A stretch of 64,000 bases of DNA from positions 32,001 through 96,000 of the forward strand of contig CAVVXN010000003.1 of NCBI GenBank assembly GCA_963752285.1, written 5' to 3'. The notes beneath the pieces are model-generated. The model made no database searches and had not been told where the DNA came from. It saw only the letters and a program-made list of their open reading frames with translations. Source of the stretch: an uncultured Planctomycetota bacterium. Its GTDB lineage: Bacteria; Planctomycetota; PLA2; JAEUHO01. The first letter of the stretch is position 1; each line of letters opens with the position of its first letter. Shown one piece after another: positions 1 to 7,910 of the stretch. The translations under genes were made by a program, and so were the position numbers.

Positions 1-889
1 TGTCGGCCTCCGATATGTCCACCGGCACCCACGTGCGGCCGGGCACCTGGAACCACGCCCAGCAGTGGTATCCGCCGACCGACGCCCCCTCGACCTCCTC
101 GTACGGCAGGAACAGGCCGATCTGGAAGTCGGCCGGGATGCCCTGCGAGCGGCACAGTGAGATGAAGAGCGCGTGGAAGTCGGTGCAGTTCCCCTTGCCG
201 GAGTCGCAGGCGTGCATGGTGTCGCCGCGGCCCCAGCCCGTGCCGGACTTGTCGTAGGTCATGTCGTGCATGACGCGGTCATAGAGGCCGCGCGCCTTCT
301 CGAGCGTGGTCTCCTTGTCGCCGGCGGCCTCGTTCGCGATCTGCTTCACGTGGTCGTTCACGACCACCAACCGCTCGGGCTGCAGACGGGCCTCGTCCTT
401 CTTCGCGTCGTCCTCACCCGCGGCAGCCAGCTTCTCGAGGTCGGTCTTGATCTCCTCGCGCCGGCAGTCGAAGCGCATGACGACCTGGACCTGGTCGCCC
501 GGGTTCGGGATCTCGAAGTACGCGACGCGGTTCCCGTGACCCTTCTCGACGCCGACCTTCTCCTTCACGGGGGCGTCGAACGCGAGGTTCGTGATGGTCT
601 GGGCGGTGGAGTCGGACGGTACGGGAACCCAGAGCGCGAGCTCTTTGGTGCCGGCGGGGATCTTCTCCACGTGCGCGGTGTACTCGATTTGGAACGACCG
701 CGCGCCGCCGTCGGCGAGGTACGCCTTCGCCATCGTGATCGGCGGGATCGCCTTCGGCGTGCCGCCCGCGTCGCCGGAGGCGCCGACGTTCGCCCCCCCT
801 CCGCCACCCGCCGCCTCGTTCGGACCCCCGCACCCGAGGACCCAGCACGCGAGGACCGCCAACACGAGCACCGACGAGAGCTTGTTCAT
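1..889 (-). CDS. Transglutaminase-like lipoprotein (3' end outside window)
   Basis: Manual translation from ATG at 889: MNKLSSVLVLAVLACWVLGC lipoprotein signal; GKGNCTDFHALF, GYHCWAW and WVPVD give the Cys-His-Asp triad. Absent from the ORF track because it runs off the edge. Confidence 0.85.
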   Translation of the reverse strand, partial: MNKLSSVLVLAVLACWVLGCGGPNEAAGGGGGANVGASGDAGGTPKAIPPITMAKAYLADGGARSFQIEYTAHVEKIPAGTKELALWVPVPSDSTAQTITNLAFDAPVKEKVGVEKGHGNRVAYFEIPNPGDQVQVVMRFDCRREEIKTDLEKLAAAGEDDAKKDEARLQPERLVVVNDHVKQIANEAAGDKETTLEKARGLYDRVMHDMTYDKSGTGWGRGDTMHACDSGKGNCTDFHALFISLCRSQGIPADFQIGLFLPYEEVEGASVGGYHCWAWFQVPGRTWVPVDISEAD

Positions 890-1138
890 GCTGCCTCCAC
901 CTCCGGTCGGACGACCGACGATGGACGGAGCATAGCTACCCTCCGAGCCCAGCCGCGCGGTGCGTGAGGCCTTCCGTGCGCGGCGCCTCGCGGGATCTGT
1001 CACGCCGATCGTCTGGGGAATTTCGATCGGCGTCCTCGATCCGAGGCGGGCGTCCCGGATGCGCGGTCTGCCGCCACGACGACCCCTTCGCTCTGGTTTC
1101 AATGCCCGCCCGCATATCGGCACCAAGGAGGAACGAGC

Positions 1139-1612
1139 ATGGCCACGAACCCGATTCCCGAGGGCTACCACACGGCGACGCCGTACCTGATCGTGAACGA
1201 CGGCGCGAAGGCGATCGACTTCTACCAGAAGGCGTTCGATGCGAAGGAGCGGTTCCGCATGGCGATGCCGGACGGCAAGCTCATGCACGCCGAGATCATG
1301 GTCGGCGACTCGCCCATCATGCTCTCCGACGAGCATCCCGCGATGGGCGCGAAGAGCCCGACGTCGTACGGCGGCACGCCCGTCAGCCTGATGCTCTACG
1401 TGCCCGACGTGGACCAGCGGTTCCAGACCGCGATCGCCGCCGGCGCCCGTCAGGTGCGGCCCGTGCAGGACCAGTTCTACGGCGACCGCTCCGGCACGCT
1501 GACCGATCCGTTCGGCCACATGTGGACGATCTCTACGCACGTCGAGGACGTCCCTTCCGACGAGCTCCGCCGGCGCAGCGAGGCGATGATGAAGGAGGCC
1601 TGCCGCGAGTAG
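1139..1612 (+). CDS. VOC/glyoxalase superfamily protein (PhnB-like)
   Basis: PEGYHTATPYL, AIDFYQKAF, HAEI, DQFYGDRSGTLTDPFGHMW; AAGGAGG RBS. Confidence 0.92.
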   Translation: MATNPIPEGYHTATPYLIVNDGAKAIDFYQKAFDAKERFRMAMPDGKLMHAEIMVGDSPIMLSDEHPAMGAKSPTSYGGTPVSLMLYVPDVDQRFQTAIAAGARQVRPVQDQFYGDRSGTLTDPFGHMWTISTHVEDVPSDELRRRSEAMMKEACRE

Positions 1613-1642
1613 ACGGCGCCGCGGGGGCCGCGGCGCCCGCGG

Positions 1643-4523
1643 TCAGTCGAGCGACCGCTCCGTCCACCAGTCCGGCTCGGCGAAGCGGACATCGGGGTCG
1701 GCGAGCGCGTCCCGCGCGACCTCGATCGGCGAGACCGTCGGGTCGGTCGGTCGGGCGAGGATCCAGCCCGCGCCGAGCGACGACGTCCGCTCCACCTCGA
1801 GCCCGCGACGCGCGGTCCACGCGCGCACGGCCTCGGGCGGGAGACGGGGGTCGAGGCGGAGGAGCACCCGGCCGGTGAGGGCCCGCGGTCGCCCGCGTCC
1901 TCGGGGTCCGTCCCGGAACACGCCGCCGGCCCGGGCCCCCGCGGCCCGGGCGGCGCGGACGAGCGCGCGCGCGTCGGCGCCCGCGCGGACCCGCCAGAGG
2001 CGGAACCCGGTCCCGCGGAGCGCGGCGCCGTCCACCTCGGGCCGCCCGGCCAGGCGCGAGGACGTGTCCGATCGGGTCCACTCGGCAACGAGCGCGTCGT
2101 CGCGGCGCGCGCGGTCCCAGCGGCAGCCGTTCCACCACGCGACCTCGTCGGGACCGGTCGTGGGCGCGGGTGGGCGCGCCGGCTCGGCGGCGCGCTTCGC
2201 GACGAGCGCCGCGGACGTCGCCGGCGCCTCGCCCTCGAGCGCCAGCGTCCAGCTCGACCACCACGAGCCGTACTCGCCCTCCCCGTCCCGGACGGTCAGG
2301 GTCCAGCCGCCGTCCGGTTCCTCGTCGAGGTCGCGCCACGTGACCAGCGGGATCCCGTCGAGCGAGCTGTCGTTCGTGTTCGTGAGACGAAGCGGCACGG
2401 CGAACACGCTCGTGGTTCCGGCGGGACTCGTGAGAGTGATCTCGAGGTCCGTCGCGGCCGGGTGGTCGATGAAGAGCGTGACGGTCGCGCGGTACACCTT
2501 CGTCAGGGAGGTGTCGCTCGCGACCGTGATCGTGCTGGAGGCGCCGTCCGGGTCCCCCGCCAGGACCGCGGCGTCCACGCTGGCGGTGCTCGACGTGGAC
2601 GCGAGGCCCGGCCGCGGCGTCCACGTCCGCGCGAGGTCCACGGCCGCCGCGGCGTCCACCACGCCGAACCCGTAGTGGGGGTTCACCCAGTGCCCGCCGG
2701 CGTTCAGCGTCCACTCGGAGTCGTTCGGGTCGTTCTTCCGTGCCGTCTCCGCGAGCACGAGCGGCACCTCCCACCAGCGCAGCGTCGGCCGGGCCTCGAG
2801 GACGAGCGCCACGACGCCCGTGACGAGCGGTGTGGCCGACGAGGTGCCCCCGAACGCGTTCGTGTAGCTGCTCGAGGAGTATCCCAGCGAGCCCGTGCGG
2901 TCGGTGGTCGTGATCCCGGGATGGCCCCCGGAGTCGTTGGACGGCGCGGCGACGAGGATGCACGGCCCTTCCTCTGAGTAGGACGTGTAGTGCCCGTCGG
3001 CGTTCACCGCGGCGATCACGTTCACGCCGCGGATGCCGTTCGTGCCGTCGAGGCCCGCGTAGGCCGGCGCCCAGTTGCCCGCCGCCTTCAGGTAGACGCT
3101 CCCGCGGCCTCCGCGGCCCGCGGACAGGCCCGTGGCGACGGCGGCGTGGAACGAGTACGGCGCCTCGGAGTAGCCGTAGAGGACGCCGCCGTAGATGGGG
3201 GGGGTGCCCCACGAGTTGTTGTACGCGTGCGTGTTCGCGGCGTTTCGGGCGAGGGCGTCCGCGATGTCGGCGTCCGTGGCGCCCGACGTGAGCACCGCGA
3301 AACCCTCGAGGTGGGCCTTCGGCGCGGCGCCGGTGATGCCGATGCCGTTCCCGCCCACGCCGGCGGCGACCCCGGCGACGGAGGTGCCGTGCTCGTTCCC
3401 GGTCGGGTCGTCGTCGTCGCCGCCGTAGTCCCAGCTCTCGCCCGAGGCCACGTTGTCCTGGAGGTCCTCGTGGGCGATCTCGAGCCCGTCGTCCACGATC
3501 CCGAGAAGCACACCGTCGCCCGTGTAGCCGAGGCCCCACGCTCCGACGACGTCCGCGTCCTCGCCGGCCGTGCTGCCCGAGACCTGCGCGGTGTTCTCGA
3601 GGTGCCACTGGCTCGAGAAGAGGGGGTCGTCGGGCGTGAACGTGGTGTACGTCCAGGCCGAGGCCATAGCCGGACGTACCGCCCCACGTGACGACGCCGA
3701 CGTCCACCGTACCCGGCGGGCCCTCCGCCGACAGACACGTGAGCGTCGCGTCGTCCTGGACCTCGACCGCCGTCGCCGCCGCGCTCCCGAAGTCCACCTC
3801 GACGACGCCCGCGTCGAACCCGCTGCCGGTCAGCGTGACGAGCGTGTAGCCGCCCGCCGGCCCGTGGTCGCGGTCGATACTCGCGAGCGTCGGCGCCGAC
3901 ACCGCGGCCCAGGCCGAGGCGAGCGACCCCGTGCCGTTCGCGTTCGTGACGACGAGGTCGTACGCGCCGAGTGCGGGCTGGGCGGGCACCCGGCAGACGA
4001 GACGCCGATCGTCCGCGACCGCCACGTCCGTCGTAGGGAGGCCGCCCACCGTGACGGTGGGCGGGCCCGCGTCGTTCGCGAGGAAGCCCGTCCCGAGCAG
4101 GGTGACGACCTGACCGCCTCCGAGCGGACCGCGCGCGGGGGTCACGACCGCCACGAGGGGCGCGGGGTGGTACGTGAACGCGCCCGCGAGCGTCGCGCTC
4201 CCGTGTCCCGTCGTGACGTCCAGGTCCGCCGGTCCGACCAGTCCCGGAGGCGTGACGCACGTGACCGTCGTTCCGTCCACCAGCACGACGTTCGTCGCCT
4301 CGGCGCCGTCGAAGAGGAGGCGGGGGAGCGTGCCGTCGGCGTTCCCGAGCCGGGTCCCCGTCACCGTCACCGAGGTGCCGCCGGCCGCCGCGCCCCCCGG
4401 CGGGTCCACCGCCGCGAGCGTCGGAGGCTCCGACGGGGTCGGCGCGGCGCTGCCGCCTCCGCCGCCGCAGCCCGCCGCGACGGTCAGCGCGAGGACGAGC
4501 GCGACGGAGCTGGATCGACGCAT
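1643..4523 (-). CDS. Lipoprotein with three IPT/TIG domains, kexin/furin-like S8 peptidase, P domain and C-terminal extra domain; interrupted by a 1-nt frameshift near 3670
   Basis: ATG 4523 with GAGGG RBS, signal MRRSSSVALVLALTVAAGC, three IPT repeats; in another frame (1643-3667) DPLFSSQWHL, IVDDG, HGTSVAG, AAGN, GTSSATP, YGFGVVDA. Total span 2881 nt = 3n+1. Confidence 0.8.
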
Positions 4524-4658
4524 GGGCGCACCCTCGACGAACGCGATGCCGATCATACGGTTCCCGACCCGCGCCGCGCGACCCGTCGCCGGAAGCGCCG
4601 GGGGCGCGGGGGCGCCTCCGCCTATACTGCGCGCGCCGCGGCGGCGGCGGGAGGGCGC

Positions 4659-5486
4659 ATGTCGGACGGGCTCAGGTCGGTTCCGACCCTGCTCGCGGCG
4701 GGGTACCCCACCGGCCTCATCACGATGGCGGTGCTCCTCGTCTTCTTCTTCGTGTCCCTGCTCCTCTACATCCGCTGGGCCCGGAAGGGCCGGGATCTCT
4801 ACGTCCGTCCGATCGGCGGCCTCGCCGCGATGAACGAGGCCATCGGCCGCGCGACCGAGATGGGGCGGCCGATCCTCTACGTCCCCGGCATCGCGGACGT
4901 GGACGACATCCAGACGATCGCCTCGATGGTGATCCTGAGCGAGGTCGCGAAGCTCGCGGCCCAGCACGACACCCGGACGATCGTGCCCACGAACAAGGCG
5001 CTCGTGTATCCGCTGGCGGAGGAGACGGTCCGGAACGCGTACCTCCACGCCGGACGTCCGGAGGCCTTCCAGCGCGACGACGTGCGGTTCCTCTCCGAGG
5101 ACCAGTTCGCCTTCACGGCCGGAACGACGGGCATCATGCTCCGTGAGCGGCCCGCCACGAACATCTACATGGGCGCGTTCTGGGCCGAGTCCCTCTTCCT
5201 CGCCGAGACGGGCTTCGCCGCCGGGGCGATCCAGATCGCGGGCACCGCGAACGTGTCGCAGCTCCCCTTCTTCGTGGCGGCGTGCGACTACACCCTGATC
5301 GGCGAGGAACTGTACGCGGCGAGCGCGTACCTCTCGCGCGAGCCGATGCTCCTGGGCTCGCTCAAGGCGTCCGACCTCTCGAAGCTCGTGTTCGGGGCCA
5401 TCATCCTCTTCGGGCTCCTCGCCGCGAACTTCCCGGACGAGTTCGGCTGGTTCACGAAGCTCTTCGACTTCACGTGGCCCCAGTGA
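4659..5486 (+). CDS. DUF6754-like membrane protein (TM, alpha/beta domain, TM)
   Basis: GGAGGG RBS then ATG 4659; EAIGRATEMGRP, QLPFFVAACDYTLIGEELYAASAYLSREP. Confidence 0.8.
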   Translation: MSDGLRSVPTLLAAGYPTGLITMAVLLVFFFVSLLLYIRWARKGRDLYVRPIGGLAAMNEAIGRATEMGRPILYVPGIADVDDIQTIASMVILSEVAKLAAQHDTRTIVPTNKALVYPLAEETVRNAYLHAGRPEAFQRDDVRFLSEDQFAFTAGTTGIMLRERPATNIYMGAFWAESLFLAETGFAAGAIQIAGTANVSQLPFFVAACDYTLIGEELYAASAYLSREPMLLGSLKASDLSKLVFGAIILFGLLAANFPDEFGWFTKLFDFTWPQ

Positions 5487-5507
5487 CGGGAGGCGGCACG
5501 GCGCTCC

Positions 5508-6161
5508 ATGTTCCGTAGGACCATCCCGCTCCTGCTCACGGCCATCGCCGGCGTGTTCATGATCATCTCGTTCTTCGTCCCCCCCGGCTGGGACGTGGCC
5601 GAGCTGGCCACCCGGATGAAGGACTGGGGCATCGTCATCGCCGCCTTCGCCGCGGTGCTCGGGGCCGGGAACATCCTCCGGGTCTCGTACCACAAGGCCC
5701 GTCGCGGTGAGGACCGGCCCTACAAGATCGTCCTGATCGTCTGCTTCGTGGTGACGACGGCCCTGGGACTGGTCGGCGGCATCCAGGACAAGACCGTGGA
5801 CACGTGGTTCGTGAACGCCGGCGCGAAGAACCCCTTCGACTGGGTCTACCAGAACATCCAGCTCCCCCTCGGGGCGACCATGTTCTCGCTCCTCGTGTTC
5901 TTCATCACCTCCGCCGCGTACCGCGCGTTCCGAATGCGCTCGCTCGAGGCGGGTCTCCTGCTGGTCGCGGCCGTGATCGTGATGCTCGGACAGCTCCCCT
6001 GGTCCAGCCAGATCGGCATGGACTGGCTGATGGGCTGGATCATGGGCGTCCCCAACGCCGCGGCGAAGCGGGCCATCCTCATGGGCGCGGCGATGGGCAT
6101 CGCGTCGATGTCGCTCCGCGTGATCCTCGGCATCGAGCGGTCCTACCTGGGGAGCGACTGA
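5508..6161 (+). CDS. Uncharacterised integral membrane protein (~6 TM)
   Basis: Hydrophobic 217-aa ORF; TMFSLLVFFITSAAYRAFR, LRVILGIERSYLG. Confidence 0.85.
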   Translation: MFRRTIPLLLTAIAGVFMIISFFVPPGWDVAELATRMKDWGIVIAAFAAVLGAGNILRVSYHKARRGEDRPYKIVLIVCFVVTTALGLVGGIQDKTVDTWFVNAGAKNPFDWVYQNIQLPLGATMFSLLVFFITSAAYRAFRMRSLEAGLLLVAAVIVMLGQLPWSSQIGMDWLMGWIMGVPNAAAKRAILMGAAMGIASMSLRVILGIERSYLGSD

Positions 6162-6164
6162 GCC

Positions 6165-6995
6165 ATGGCCGTCGGCAACATACTCTCGCGGATCGACCGC
6201 CGGCTCCTCTTCCTCTCGATGGCGATCGCGGTGATCGTCCCCTTCGTGCTGAAGGCGAAGCCCTCCGTCCAGCCGATGCAGTGGTCGCGCGACCTCTACG
6301 ACGCGGTCGAGGCCGTGAAGCCCGGTGGGGTCGTCCTCGTCTCCTGCGACTACGACCCCGGCTCCGAGGCCGAGCTGTACCCCATGACCGTCGCGATCTT
6401 CGAGCACCTGGCCCGGAAGGACGTGCGCGTCGTGATCACCGAGCTCTGGCCCGCGGCGGGGCCGCTGGTGAAGAGCGCGCTCGAGGAGACCTTCTACAAG
6501 CACGGGAAGAAGTACGGCATCGACTTCGTGGACCTCGGCTACAAGACCGGCGGGCAGATCCTCATCTCGAAGACCGTGGACTCGATCGCCCAGGCGTTCC
6601 CCGACGACGTGAACCAAACGCCCGTGTCGGAGATCCCCGCCATGCGCGGCGTGCGGAAGGCCGCGGACATCGACTTCTTCGTCAGCATCTCGGCGGGCAC
6701 ACCCGGCACGAAGGAGTGGGTGCAGCAGTGCCAGAGCCGGGTGGGGAAGCCCATGGGCTGCGGCGTCACCGCGGTCCAGGCGCCGGACCTCTTCCCCTAC
6801 ATCCTGAACCACCAGCTGATCGGGATCCTCGGAGGGCTCCGCGGCGCGGCCGACTACGAGGCGCTGGTCGGAAAGCCGGGGCGCGGCATCACGGGCATGG
6901 GGCCCCAGACGTACGGCCACCTCCTGATCGTCCTATTCATCGTCCTGGGGAACCTGGGCTTCCTGCTCTCCCGCGACGCGCCGAGGGCCTCGTGA
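6165..6995 (+). CDS. Uncharacterised membrane-anchored protein (TM, alpha/beta domain, TM)
   Basis: DYDPGSEAELYPM, GIDFVDLGY, GILGGLRGAADYE, GHLLIVLFIVLGN; 3 nt after previous stop. Confidence 0.85.
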   Translation: MAVGNILSRIDRRLLFLSMAIAVIVPFVLKAKPSVQPMQWSRDLYDAVEAVKPGGVVLVSCDYDPGSEAELYPMTVAIFEHLARKDVRVVITELWPAAGPLVKSALEETFYKHGKKYGIDFVDLGYKTGGQILISKTVDSIAQAFPDDVNQTPVSEIPAMRGVRKAADIDFFVSISAGTPGTKEWVQQCQSRVGKPMGCGVTAVQAPDLFPYILNHQLIGILGGLRGAADYEALVGKPGRGITGMGPQTYGHLLIVLFIVLGNLGFLLSRDAPRAS

Positions 6996-7759
6996 TGTCG
7001 CGCGGCAACCTCCTCCTCTTCGGCGGCACGCTCCTGGCGCTCCTCGGCACCGGGTTCCTGCTCGGCGACTTCGCCTCCTGGACGCTCTTCGGGACGCTGC
7101 TCGCCGCGTTCCTGACCCTGGCCGTGTTCTCGTTCCTCGTGCGAGACAACCCCCTCTACAAGCTGGCGGAGCACATCTTCATCGGGGTGGCGACGGGATA
7201 CGTGCTGGCGTACTCGTTCTGGAGCGTCTTCGTCCCCAACGTGTGGCGGCAGTTCCAGTCGCTCCGCCTGGGCACGGCGGCCCCCGAGGACCGGAAGTGG
7301 ATCTGGCTCCTCGTCATCCCCGTGCTCCTGGGCCTGCTCTTCTTCGCCCGGTTCGTACCCAAGTACGCCTGGCTCTCGCGCTGGTCGATCGCGTTCCTGA
7401 TCGGGGCGTACGCGGGCGTGAACTGCACCGGGTACTTCCAGACCGACCTGATCAACCAGGCCTCCTCCACCTTCCACGACTTCGGTCGCCTCCATCCGGG
7501 CCCGAACCACGGCTGGGTGGACATCCTGACCGTCAACGTCCCGATCCTCGTGGGGGTGCTCAGCACACTGACCTACTTCTTCTTCTCGAAGCCCCATCGC
7601 GGGGTGGTGGGCGTCTCGGCGCGGCTCGGCGTGTTCTTCCTGATGGTCGCCTTCGGCGCGTCGTTCGGCTACACGGTCATGGGACGCATCTCGCTCTTCA
7701 TCGGGCGCGTGCAGTTCCTGATCCAGGACTGGTTGGCGCCTCTGCACATCCTCGGCTGA
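6995..7759 (+). CDS. Uncharacterised integral membrane protein
   Basis: TGATG overlap with previous gene; FSFLVRDNPLYKLAEHIFIG, FLMVAFGASFGYTVMGRISL. Confidence 0.85.
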   Translation: MSRGNLLLFGGTLLALLGTGFLLGDFASWTLFGTLLAAFLTLAVFSFLVRDNPLYKLAEHIFIGVATGYVLAYSFWSVFVPNVWRQFQSLRLGTAAPEDRKWIWLLVIPVLLGLLFFARFVPKYAWLSRWSIAFLIGAYAGVNCTGYFQTDLINQASSTFHDFGRLHPGPNHGWVDILTVNVPILVGVLSTLTYFFFSKPHRGVVGVSARLGVFFLMVAFGASFGYTVMGRISLFIGRVQFLIQDWLAPLHILG

Positions 7760-7910
7760 CGCGCGCGGCGCGGTCCATGGTCGAGCCGGATCGCGCCGAT
7801 CGGAAAGAACGAAGATTCGCGTGCTCATCGTTTGCACGCTCAGTCGGAGTTCCCTGCAACTTCGTTGCGACACGATGCACGATGTCGCGAGGGATTGCTG
7901 GAGACCTCCG

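Noticed and set aside
1533..6920. 1795-aa minus-strand ORF and similar giant ORFs (7698-10511, 36568-40983, 54724-58089)
   Set aside because: Antisense or off-frame shadows typical of high-GC DNA; only 3668-4523 of this one is credible coding sequence.
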